This document shows positions 9,320-18,156 of a DNA stretch of 64,000 bases, piece by piece (positions within the stretch are counted from its first letter, which is position 1; each line of letters opens with the position of its first letter). The notes beneath the pieces were generated by a model. The model made no database searches, was not told the origin of the DNA, and worked only from the letters and a program-made list of their open reading frames with translations. The translations under genes and the position numbers were made by a program. The stretch lies in the IMG/VR virus record IMGVR_UViG_3300021964_000012, positions 124,001-188,000 of that record; one strand, written 5' to 3'.

Positions 9320-9395
9320 TGCTTTTCCTTTTTTTACCTAAAAAAAATTTGCCCAAAAAAAAATTGGACGTTACTTGTTCATCGAGTTATTTATA
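9320..9395 (-). promoter_or_regulatory. late promoter TATAAATA, leaderless Met-Asn-Lys minigene (9371-9382) and putative attenuator leader
   Basis: Minus strand: TATAAATA ACTCG ATG AAC AAG TAA C GTCCAA T9 GGGC AAA T8 AGGT A7 GGA AAAGCA ATG. Confidence 0.6.
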
Positions 9396-9487
9396 ATAGT
9401 TTGCCTTTTCCTGACAAATATTGTACAGTTGGTTGTGGCTTGAACCATCTTTGTAATATTTTTTCTAACCAATGCATATCTTACCTC

Positions 9488-9955
9488 CTAAAACTTACCT
9501 AAAAATCTTGCTATATGATGTACCCATGGCAACAACATTATAGCCATAAATGTGTTAGCACCAGTGTGTGCAAGTGCTATTCGAAGTGTATCGCCTTTGG
9601 GCATGCCATCGCTCACAAAAAAACCGGCTAACCAAATGGTGCCGGTAGTTCCAATGTTTGCGCCTAACACTGCCGCTATGGCTGCAGGCAGAGGCAGTGC
9701 CCCTGAGGCCACCAGTGCAATTATTGCCGTTGTACTTAAACTTGAACTTTGCCAAAGCAGTGTCATTACAATACCACCTAGAAACATATAGATTGGATTG
9801 CCTAAAAAGAAGTTTAAGTGTTCCAAGTTACCCATAGACTTCATACCACCTGAGAACATTTTCAGCCCTATATAAAATACTACCAGTCCAACAAGAGCCG
9901 TCATTATGGGATTGCCTAAGTCCATCCTACATACCTTTTTAATAAGTTTGTTCAT
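9488..9955 (-). CDS. Na+/phosphate cotransporter (NptA/SLC34-like), single repeat
   Basis: QSSS signature, GANIGTT motif, several TM helices. Confidence 0.8.
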   Translation of the reverse strand: MNKLIKKVCRMDLGNPIMTALVGLVVFYIGLKMFSGGMKSMGNLEHLNFFLGNPIYMFLGGIVMTLLWQSSSLSTTAIIALVASGALPLPAAIAAVLGANIGTTGTIWLAGFFVSDGMPKGDTLRIALAHTGANTFMAIMLLPWVHHIARFLGKF

Positions 9956-10006
9956 TTATAGTTCCTTTTACAAACTCTATTTAAGCCTATAAATGTTACA
10001 GTTTTA

Positions 10007-10609
10007 TTACATTTGGGTAATTTGCTTATAAACTTCCAACCAATTTTTAACAATTGGATAGTCAACATCTGCATTCATGTTGTGTCCATGCTCCATTAGT
10101 ATTGGACGTAGTCCAAATCTCAAACCAGCAGTTGCATTTTCTGGTTTGTCTTCTAACCAGTAACAGTTTGAACCTGCATACTTGCTGAGTGCTTCATCTT
10201 TGTCTGCACCTGTATCCAAACACACAAGTTTGCTAAATGCAGTTTTACCAAACATCTTTTGCAGATTCATTTCTCTTAGTTTGTATGCATTTTCATCTAA
10301 ACTCAAACTTGTTATACAAATAAAAGTATAACCATGTTGTTCATGTAGTCTTTTAACCCAGTACATAGCATCTCTGAGCACTGGAAGAAAGCCTATTGCG
10401 GCACTTTCATTAAACTGTTTTATTAGTTTTTTAACTTGTTCTTTTGTGATACCGTAACGTTCAGCCATATCATATTTGAACTGGTATCCTTCTGTGGTCT
10501 CAAATCCATGTTGTATCATCCAACAATTAAATGCCCACTCCCAATCTAGTAGTACACCATCACAGTCTGTAAGTATTGTTTTTTCGTATTTGTTATATCT
10601 CATTTTCAT
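10007..10609 (-). CDS. HAD-superfamily 5'-nucleotidase-like protein
   Basis: DCDGVL motif I, ITS motif II, EDKPEN motif IV; start adjusted from 10684. Confidence 0.75.
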   Translation of the reverse strand: MKMRYNKYEKTILTDCDGVLLDWEWAFNCWMIQHGFETTEGYQFKYDMAERYGITKEQVKKLIKQFNESAAIGFLPVLRDAMYWVKRLHEQHGYTFICITSLSLDENAYKLREMNLQKMFGKTAFSKLVCLDTGADKDEALSKYAGSNCYWLEDKPENATAGLRFGLRPILMEHGHNMNADVDYPIVKNWLEVYKQITQM

Positions 10610-10617
10610 CTTTCTAT

Positions 10618-10830
10618 CTATATTAACATCGGCAACTTTGGATACGGTGTTGCTATACCGTTTTGTTGGTCCAAATAAGCACATATGAACTCTAGCATTA
10701 CTGAATCATGCATGGTTAAGTAGTAGTCTAATGCTTCGATACCTACTGCATCTTCATATACAAAATCGTCTACGTTATTCTTGCTAACGTAGTGTTCAAT
10801 TGCTAATCTTTCAGTTTGTATTGTAAACAT
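10618..10830 (-). CDS. hypothetical early protein
   Basis: 70-aa ORF with AAGGA RBS behind a sigma70-type promoter. Confidence 0.55.
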   Translation of the reverse strand: MFTIQTERLAIEHYVSKNNVDDFVYEDAVGIEALDYYLTMHDSVMLEFICAYLDQQNGIATPYPKLPMLI

Positions 10831-10856
10831 ATTTTTCCTTTTTGTTATTATACTTT

Positions 10857-10885
10857 ACAATAACACAGGAAAAGAATTATGTCAA
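10857..10885 (-). promoter_or_regulatory. sigma70-type early promoter
   Basis: TTGACA-17-TATTGT with extended -10 TG. Confidence 0.6.
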
Positions 10886-11030
10886 CCTTTTTCTACAATT
10901 TGGCAAAATTTATAAGTTTGAGGACGTTTAGATTCCAAGTCTTTCATGTAAACTTTTGCTTGCTCTTGTGAATCAAATTCAGCAACTGTTATTGGATCTT
11001 GTACTCTTGGTTCATAGACAATGCAATATT

Positions 11031-11270
11031 TCATTCTTGGTTCATTTCCCACATGTTATAAACATCAGCAAAGCCGCCATACATAGGTGAATATTCACTG
11101 ACGTTTTCTTCTCTCCACGCCATGATCTCGTCCCATTGCTCTTGAGTCAATTCATCGATATCTTCTATATCAAAGTGTGTGCTGATAGCATGCTCAACAC
11201 AACTTTGTGCTTCTCTTTCGAGATGTTCTTCGTCCTTGTACATCCTTGCCCAGTCGAATTTATTAGTCAT
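11031..11270 (-). CDS. hypothetical acidic protein
   Basis: 79-aa ORF coupled to neighbours, GAGG RBS. Confidence 0.55.
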   Translation of the reverse strand: MTNKFDWARMYKDEEHLEREAQSCVEHAISTHFDIEDIDELTQEQWDEIMAWREENVSEYSPMYGGFADVYNMWEMNQE

Positions 11271-11451
11271 TGTTTGCCTCCTCTAAGATTTGTTTTCTTC
11301 CTTCGACACCGATCTGTGAATCCATCATGGTTTTTACATGTTGTAGCATTGCACACGCCATCATCAGTATATCTTCTCTGCTATCACACATCATAATCTG
11401 TTGTTCTATTGGCTTGCATAATTCTCGCATGCGAGCTTTTACATCAGTCAT
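11263..11451 (-). CDS. hypothetical protein
   Basis: 62-aa ORF with GAGGAG RBS. Confidence 0.55.
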   Translation of the reverse strand: MTDVKARMRELCKPIEQQIMMCDSREDILMMACAMLQHVKTMMDSQIGVEGRKQILEEANND

Positions 11452-11993
11452 TTTGTTATCTCCTCTTGTGTTATATGCAATTGACTTTTCATGTCATCTG
11501 TATTAAGGTACGCCAAGTTTATAATACTAGTAAAACCAATTACACGGGCTTCTGCTTGTTCGATCAAACGTTTGGTTGCCAACATACTGCCGCCAGTTGC
11601 AACCAAGTCATCTGCTATTAACACTCTATTAGCATGTCCTAACAGTCCTTCTTGTAGCACCAATGTATCTTCACCATACTCAAGTGCATAGGTTTCCTGC
11701 AACAAACTACCTGGATACTTGCTTCCTTTTTTACGCACCATAACAAAAGGCACTCCTATTGTAGCAGCCAACACTGCTCCTACTACAAATCCTCTGCTTT
11801 CAATACCCACTATGTGTGTGATATCACCGTTACGGTTGAATTGATCTTGAATTACAACTGCCATTTCGGCAGCAACTTGATTCCAAATTGGTTGTGCGAA
11901 CAAACTGTTTACATCATAAAAGTTTACACCTTCTACAGGATAATCCTGCACAGTTCGCATGTAATCTGTTGGTTTAGTTTTTACTGAAGACAT
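11448..11993 (-). CDS. apt: adenine phosphoribosyltransferase
   Basis: DYPVEGVNFYD, GIESRGF, VRKKG, YALEYG, PRPP loop LIADDLVATGGS; start moved to ATG at 11993 (GGAGG RBS). Confidence 0.9.
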   Translation of the reverse strand: MSSVKTKPTDYMRTVQDYPVEGVNFYDVNSLFAQPIWNQVAAEMAVVIQDQFNRNGDITHIVGIESRGFVVGAVLAATIGVPFVMVRKKGSKYPGSLLQETYALEYGEDTLVLQEGLLGHANRVLIADDLVATGGSMLATKRLIEQAEARVIGFTSIINLAYLNTDDMKSQLHITQEEITK

Positions 11994-13101
11994 AAACACC
12001 CTCCCATTTTTCTCTACCTTGTTTTCTATCATTGCCTACACCTGGACGTGTGTTAAGCATCATTTTAATTGTTTCTATGTGTTTGAATCCTAGTTTTTCT
12101 GCCGTCTCAATCCATCTTTGTGTAACTTCATAGGGTTCTTTTCTGTCGTAACTTTTATAGTCTGCAATGTTGGTAGCGAAAAGTCCTTCTCTATTGAGTC
12201 CTCTATGTATGTGTTCAATGGTTGGGACAACGTATCCGTCAAACCATTGATCTTCTGTTTTAAATTGTACCATACACTGGGTTTCTTCATCGCTATACTT
12301 TTCCAAGTTAAAATAAGGAGGACTACTAAATGCTAAATCTACATCCTCGGGTTGATATTCTTCGCTAACACTTTGTACTATGGTACTTCTTACGCCTGTT
12401 GCTTCATCAATGATATCATTTAGATAATTAAGATATTTTACAGTTTCAGTATTAGGTTCAACACCTATGTAATCATACTTAAAATTACTACTACCTATTC
12501 CTAAAAGTCTACCACCATAGCCGCAACTGTAATCATACACTCTGCCCCAAAGCACAGGACATAAATGTTCTGCTATTGCTTTAGCATTTTGTGCCTTAAA
12601 GTTAGTAACATTTTCGCCTGTAACTAGTTCAAGTGCAGTTCTTAATTGTGTGGGTCTTAGCAGTCGTTCACCAGTTCTAAATTCAAAACAGATACGTATA
12701 GCACGTTTAAGTTTACGTTCATCATAGAATCTATCTCGCAAACTATTTGAACCTCTACCTTTAGGTTCTGCAGTCATCATGTTAGGAAACAAAAATCGGT
12801 TAATGGTTTGTCCTCGATTGTTTCCAAGTCCAATCTTGCCTTGTTCTACATTGTTATACGATAGTTTGCTGAATTTACGAACTGCTTCTACCAGTCCCTT
12901 GTGTGTAAAATACACAATAGGAACAAGATCAATTGAACGATATATGTCATATACACTTTCGATAGTGCCTTCAGGATCTTGATCATATTGTGCTTTGTCA
13001 AACGCATCAAGTTGGTTATAAACACTTTCATAACCAGTGAACTCATCACTTTCAATTTGTGATGGATCAATATTCCATATTTGATATAAATCTTGAATCA
13101 T
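11974..13101 (-). CDS. amino (N6A/N4C) DNA methyltransferase
   Basis: SAM motif YDYSCGYGGRL and catalytic SPPYF. Confidence 0.8.
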   Translation of the reverse strand: MIQDLYQIWNIDPSQIESDEFTGYESVYNQLDAFDKAQYDQDPEGTIESVYDIYRSIDLVPIVYFTHKGLVEAVRKFSKLSYNNVEQGKIGLGNNRGQTINRFLFPNMMTAEPKGRGSNSLRDRFYDERKLKRAIRICFEFRTGERLLRPTQLRTALELVTGENVTNFKAQNAKAIAEHLCPVLWGRVYDYSCGYGGRLLGIGSSNFKYDYIGVEPNTETVKYLNYLNDIIDEATGVRSTIVQSVSEEYQPEDVDLAFSSPPYFNLEKYSDEETQCMVQFKTEDQWFDGYVVPTIEHIHRGLNREGLFATNIADYKSYDRKEPYEVTQRWIETAEKLGFKHIETIKMMLNTRPGVGNDRKQGREKWEGVYVFSKN

Positions 13102-13107
13102 AAGTGT

Positions 13108-13135
13108 ATTATAACACTTTTATGTAGTTTGTCAA
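13108..13135 (-). promoter_or_regulatory. sigma70-type promoter giving a leaderless methyltransferase mRNA
   Basis: TTGACA-16-(TGT)TATAAT-ACACTT-ATG, no SD. Confidence 0.7.
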
Positions 13136-13761
13136 GACAGATAGTCTATGATTTTATCTGCAATTATTTGATGTGTTTTTGGACCAGGATGTATATTGTC
13201 AACTGGGGCAAAATCTATTTGCATTTTACGCATGCTATCGTCAAGATTAATCCACAAACTTTGATCAGTGTGTAGATCTATATCCTGTATCCAATCTACC
13301 ATGCCATTGATATAAATCACTTTAGTTTCATATACTTTTGCTAGATTATTCAGTATCACACAGTATTCACTAAGATCTTTGAAATTTTGATAATCGCCAT
13401 TTAGTAATAGAAGTGTTTTTTTAAATTTTGTGTGAGTTTCAGCATCGATACTTATTGATTCAGACTGGTAAGGTGCATTACTCCTGTCGTTTGCAAACCA
13501 CCAAACGTTTTTTTCAGGACTGAGCCATAGTCTACTTACTTCACTCCACTGTACAAATACCATTGAATAATCTTCACAATCTATGCTGTTAGCGGCAGCA
13601 TGAAATATTCTTTTATTACTGTTGCCTTTTATTGCAAAGTTATCGTATTCCCAGTTAAAATGATTGCAAACCAATTGCGGATACAAATATATATTTCTTT
13701 CATGTTTGTGAAATCCATCACCTTGTGTAAAACTGCATCCGTGAAAAGCAACCTTTGTCAT
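13132..13761 (-). CDS. SGNH/GDSL-like hydrolase-fold protein
   Basis: FHGCSFTQG, GNSN, DNIHPG..H motifs. Confidence 0.55.
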   Translation of the reverse strand: MTKVAFHGCSFTQGDGFHKHERNIYLYPQLVCNHFNWEYDNFAIKGNSNKRIFHAAANSIDCEDYSMVFVQWSEVSRLWLSPEKNVWWFANDRSNAPYQSESISIDAETHTKFKKTLLLLNGDYQNFKDLSEYCVILNNLAKVYETKVIYINGMVDWIQDIDLHTDQSLWINLDDSMRKMQIDFAPVDNIHPGPKTHQIIADKIIDYLS

Positions 13762-13985
13762 TCTTGAAACTCTAGTACTTCGATCATATCACACAGTTTT
13801 TCCTGTGCTAAACGTTTGTTTGATGCTGGTACCCATGCCTGCCCAATGCCAGTATGTTCGTCTACTTTGTTTAGTTCTAGTGTGATACGTTCCTTACCAG
13901 TCTTACGCATCTTTAGTGGTCGCGGAGCAGTAAATTTAAGTATGAATACTTGTTCACGTGGTTTAAATTGTACAACTTCACCCAT
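13758..13985 (-). CDS. hypothetical protein
   Basis: 75-aa ORF with GGAG RBS. Confidence 0.5.
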   Translation of the reverse strand: MGEVVQFKPREQVFILKFTAPRPLKMRKTGKERITLELNKVDEHTGIGQAWVPASNKRLAQEKLCDMIEVLEFQE

Positions 13986-14084
13986 TATTTTTTCTCCATA
14001 AGATATAGTCTAGCACTACGTGGTGAATAGTTGTTGATACAAATATATTTTACTAAAAATTTCCTATATTCGAATAGTAAGACA

Positions 14085-15008
14085 TCATCCATTGATCTGC
14101 GAAAGCTCCACCATTGTTGCACTTAGATTAATTTCTGGATCTGCTACAAAACTGTGATTAACAAGTCCTGTACGTATTGCCATTATGGCACTGTCTTGTC
14201 CTTCTGGAGTTGTACTAAACAATTCCAAGTTATCATACATCCAGCGAAACACATCTTCCATCTCTTCTGGACGTACAGTTGCACACATTAATTTTCTTGC
14301 TTCTACTATTTTTCCTGCCTTAAACAAGTTAACTGCATCAACACGCCAGTCGCTGATGTTTCCTTCATCGCCTTTGACATTTGCAAGTCGACCATTTGTA
14401 CTGTTCATTTGACACAAGTTCAAACACTTACGCAGATCAGGATAGGTGCTACGTACATAAGTGTCTAGTATATCAATGTCTATTTCAACATGTTCTGCAA
14501 CCAATACAGTTGCAACTCTCGCTGTAAATTCTGTTCGGTCTACTTTCTCAATATGAAAACCTTGACACCTTGAATGTAATGCAGGAATAACTCTGTTTGG
14601 ATAGTTGCAAGTCAGTATAAATCTTGCACTTGCATGATAGGTTTCCATAACGCCACGTAGTGCCGCTTGTCCGTTTGGCGATATATAGTCAGCCTCATCT
14701 AATAACACAATCTTAAAGTCGCCAAACGGCATAGTTTGTACAAATCCTGTAATCTTGTCACGGATTGTGTCAATTGAATTCTCTCTTGATGCATTTATTT
14801 CTAGTACATCAAAGTCATCTATTTCAAGTTGTTTGATCAGTATCTTTGCCAGTGTTGTTTTACCTACACCAGGTGCACCACTGAATAACAAATGAGGAAT
14901 AGCACCTTCATCTATCCAAGTTTTAACCTGTGCTTTTTGTTCGTCATCACGGAACACATATCCGTCAATGTCATTTGGCCTATACTTTTCAGTCCACAGT
15001 TGCTTCAT
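14085..15008 (-). CDS. sliding-clamp loader subunit (RFC small / T4 gp44-like)
   Basis: WTEKYRP, GAPGVGKT, EINAS, DEAD, SRC motifs. Confidence 0.93.
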   Translation of the reverse strand: MKQLWTEKYRPNDIDGYVFRDDEQKAQVKTWIDEGAIPHLLFSGAPGVGKTTLAKILIKQLEIDDFDVLEINASRENSIDTIRDKITGFVQTMPFGDFKIVLLDEADYISPNGQAALRGVMETYHASARFILTCNYPNRVIPALHSRCQGFHIEKVDRTEFTARVATVLVAEHVEIDIDILDTYVRSTYPDLRKCLNLCQMNSTNGRLANVKGDEGNISDWRVDAVNLFKAGKIVEARKLMCATVRPEEMEDVFRWMYDNLELFSTTPEGQDSAIMAIRTGLVNHSFVADPEINLSATMVELSQING

Positions 15009-15030
15009 ACAATACTCCTAGTTAGACTTT

Positions 15031-15059
15031 ATTATATTATGATTAGCGAGGTAAGTCAA
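15031..15059 (-). promoter_or_regulatory. sigma70-type promoter for the clamp loader
   Basis: TTGACT-17-TATAAT, then AGGAG RBS. Confidence 0.7.
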
Positions 15060-16734
15060 CCAGTTCTGGAAAAACATCTAATAGTTTTACATTGTAGATT
15101 TTATCTCTTTGTTCAATCTCTTTCCAAAATAGTTTAGGATTAAACGTTTCGTTATTGTCCATGGCATGTATAATTGCCATATAACCAGTTGTACTTTTTC
15201 CATAAGGATCAAGTGGGCGTAACCATTCTACATGTTTTTGAAATTTTTCTCGGATTAGATCTTTGAGATACTCAGGAGCAGTTGTAACACGCAGATATTG
15301 CTTGTTGGTTAGTAGGTTCACAATCCATTGGTCAGCATCTATTAATCCTTGCTCTACCCAATTTCGATGAAAGTCTGGCATATGTAATGCGTTCAGAATT
15401 GTAATTGTTGATTGAACATTAAAGAATATATCTGGGCGTTTTTGTTTAATTTGTTTGGTAAAATCGACAATCTTGTCCCAGGTGTATGATCCAGGGCGTA
15501 AATATAACGCACGATCGTATTCAGCATCAAGACTTGCAAATACAATAATATTTTTAAAGTTTTGCCACAACTTAAAAATATCTCTTGAACCTAATCCAGA
15601 ATAAGTCATGTTTGTAATATACATTAGTTTTATATCGTGTCTTTTTTTCTCATCTAGTTTTTCAACAAAATCATATGTTTCTTTCATCATTAAAGGCTCA
15701 CCACCTTCGAATATGATCTGATTAAAATGATCTATATGTTTAAAATATTGTTCTAGTAAATCTGGATTACTTGCTACAAAGGCTTTATCAGGAACAGTCA
15801 TTCCTAGTAACTTTTCCACACTGTAAAGACTACTCGAAAACTTAGTCTGACACATTCTACATTGCAGATTACATAAATTGTTTGGTTTATAGTTCAGTAA
15901 CTTTATTTCAAATTTTTCAAGACTTCCATCATTATTTGTGCTTAAAACACTTGGAAATTCTTGTATGAAGTCTCTATTATAGGCCGTTCTTGCAGTATCA
16001 CCTTTATATTTTTGATCTTTTAAATAGCAAGTTTTACAAGCCTCTAGTTCTTTGCCTTCAAGCATATCAAGTCTAAGTTGGCGTGTATTTTTATTGTTCC
16101 ATATATCTTCAAGAGTTTCGTTGTTTGCATTTCCTAAAGCGGTGTCTGTAGATATGTAACAACAAGGGTTCACCTTATTATCTTGTGTGACATACTGACT
16201 TATCCACGGTAAAACACAAAATGTTTTACTTTCTAAAAATAGGTGCCTTGCTCTATCTGGCAAATTCTCTAAGAGAACACTGTTATTTCCTAGCCCACTA
16301 AAAGTTTGATAGATTGAAATATCTTTATATGTATTTGTATAATCACCTGAAGCTTTGTATAAATTGATTAGCACAGGGTCAACACTTGTGTTTTTATGAA
16401 CCCAAAGATATTCTTCTTCTAAATTAGGATTAGTTGAAATAATAATTGTAAAAAAATTACTAATATCAAGTTCGTTTAACATTGTCTGCACACTTTGTAG
16501 TACAGTGTTAGATTGTAATTCTTTATAAAAATCTTTTGTTATTGTCAATACAATGCGATGGTGTTCTTGATATGTAGTTTTGTAATTTTTTTTTAATTGA
16601 TTATAAAGCTCGAATAGATTATTTTCGTATAAGTCACAATCAATTACATCAAGAACTGTGTATGTTTCTTTTAGTTCATTTATCCATTGTTCTATTGTTG
16701 GGAGATTACTACCTTTGGTAAATGTCAATGGCAT
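15043..16734 (-). CDS. radical SAM protein with SPASM/twitch-like domain
   Basis: CNLQCRMC, GGEP, FCVLPW..PCC, CKTC. Confidence 0.85.
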   Translation of the reverse strand: MPLTFTKGSNLPTIEQWINELKETYTVLDVIDCDLYENNLFELYNQLKKNYKTTYQEHHRIVLTITKDFYKELQSNTVLQSVQTMLNELDISNFFTIIISTNPNLEEEYLWVHKNTSVDPVLINLYKASGDYTNTYKDISIYQTFSGLGNNSVLLENLPDRARHLFLESKTFCVLPWISQYVTQDNKVNPCCYISTDTALGNANNETLEDIWNNKNTRQLRLDMLEGKELEACKTCYLKDQKYKGDTARTAYNRDFIQEFPSVLSTNNDGSLEKFEIKLLNYKPNNLCNLQCRMCQTKFSSSLYSVEKLLGMTVPDKAFVASNPDLLEQYFKHIDHFNQIIFEGGEPLMMKETYDFVEKLDEKKRHDIKLMYITNMTYSGLGSRDIFKLWQNFKNIIVFASLDAEYDRALYLRPGSYTWDKIVDFTKQIKQKRPDIFFNVQSTITILNALHMPDFHRNWVEQGLIDADQWIVNLLTNKQYLRVTTAPEYLKDLIREKFQKHVEWLRPLDPYGKSTTGYMAIIHAMDNNETFNPKLFWKEIEQRDKIYNVKLLDVFPELVDLPR

Positions 16735-17092
16735 CTGCTAGAGTATCGTCATGTCCAGGGTCTTGATCGCTTAAAAGTAAAATGTCTTTGTTATCAACCT
16801 TACGTATGGTTGTTTCACCGTTTTCATCTTCAATCTTAACACCTCTACTCCAACGACCGTGTGCAATCATAATCCATTGTCCTGGAACTACGTCAGTCTG
16901 ATCAGGACCAATTGCATATACTTTGCCCCATCTTGGACGAATCCCATGACCTTTGCCGTCGTCGTCTAATAATATAATACCACTTTGTAATTTTCTTTCT
17001 TTGAAAGCCATTTCTTCTACAATTACGTCATCACGTAAAGCACGAAACCTATTTCTATTAACCTTGTATGCGTCATGATTAAGTGTAGCCAT
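16709..17092 (-). CDS. groES: GroES co-chaperonin (Cpn10)
   Basis: ALRDDVIV...SGIIL mobile loop, GKVYAIGP, ..DIL; no GroEL in window. Confidence 0.8.
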   Translation of the reverse strand: MATLNHDAYKVNRNRFRALRDDVIVEEMAFKERKLQSGIILLDDDGKGHGIRPRWGKVYAIGPDQTDVVPGQWIMIAHGRWSRGVKIEDENGETTIRKVDNKDILLLSDQDPGHDDTLADAIDIYQR

Positions 17093-17649
17093 TATATTTT
17101 TTTAACTCCTTCTGCTTGTTTTGCACGTTCTTTTGGTGGGACAATTGCTTCTTGTTTGATTCGTTTTGCACGGGCTATAGCATCAGCAAGTCCGCCCACT
17201 GGCGTAGATTTAGTTTCTTCTGCTTTTTCTAAATTTGATTCAATGTTGTTTAAATCGTTAATATCAACATCTGCAGATTTAACTTTTTCTTTTGTTGCAA
17301 CTTTTGGTTTTGTAACTTTGGTCTTAGATGCTTTTGGTTTTTTAGCAACAGTTTTCTTTGGTTTTTCAACAACCAAATGAACAGGATCAACTATAACTTC
17401 ATCTGCAACTGCGGCTGCAAGTTTGGTCTTGCTCTCTGATGGAACAACATCTTGCGGTCCAATTTGTTTGCTGTACTGACGTTTTTTTTGATTTATACGA
17501 CTGTCAATAGATTTATTTTTGTTGTTAATTATATCACCACGAGCATTTACACCCATATTACCAACTGCTCTAACATTTTCATTTTGTAACAACAGACTGC
17601 CGAGGTCTATTGATTTACCTTGCGAACTTCTGTACATTTTTCCAGCCAT
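17092..17649 (-). CDS. hypothetical protein with Lys-rich linker
   Basis: 185-aa ORF, AVGNMGVNARGD N-terminal motif, AGGAG RBS, late-type GATAAATA upstream. Confidence 0.6.
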   Translation of the reverse strand: MAGKMYRSSQGKSIDLGSLLLQNENVRAVGNMGVNARGDIINNKNKSIDSRINQKKRQYSKQIGPQDVVPSESKTKLAAAVADEVIVDPVHLVVEKPKKTVAKKPKASKTKVTKPKVATKEKVKSADVDINDLNNIESNLEKAEETKSTPVGGLADAIARAKRIKQEAIVPPKERAKQAEGVKKI

Positions 17650-17682
17650 TTACAACTCCTATTAACTGCGTAGTTAATATAT

Positions 17683-18156
17683 TTATCTGAGAAATTCACC
17701 AGGGTCTAAATCATAGTACATGCTATCAATCTTGTGTACACCAAGTAGATAAAGCACATAACTTGCAACACTAGATCCTCTGCCTACACCCCATATTATG
17801 TTATTATCTCTCATAGTATCCACAAGATACTTTAAATATTTTAATAAATTAAATAAATTTCTTTCTTGAAACATCAACAGTTCTTCGCCCGCACGTTGTA
17901 TTTCAGCATCTGTCTTACAACAATCAATTACGTGTTGGGCAATATCTAGCTGTTGGTATTCTTCGGGCATTAGCCAATTGCGTTGATTCATCATATCATA
18001 TTCATCAACGCTCAATGATATGTCAGTTTCAGGAACTGTATTTTCTAATTGTACTGTACTATCCACAGTAATACCCGCAGTTGATTTCTCTGTCATTATC
18101 AAATCAACTACGTCTTCTATGTTGTATACTATTTCACTGAATTTATTTTTTATCAT
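17683..18156 (-). CDS. DNA polymerase III alpha (DnaE) fragment, split gene
   Basis: WGVGRGSSVASYVLYLLGVHKID..YDL...FL palm segment; ends before the PDIDID motif. Confidence 0.8.
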   Translation of the reverse strand: MIKNKFSEIVYNIEDVVDLIMTEKSTAGITVDSTVQLENTVPETDISLSVDEYDMMNQRNWLMPEEYQQLDIAQHVIDCCKTDAEIQRAGEELLMFQERNLFNLLKYLKYLVDTMRDNNIIWGVGRGSSVASYVLYLLGVHKIDSMYYDLDPGEFLR

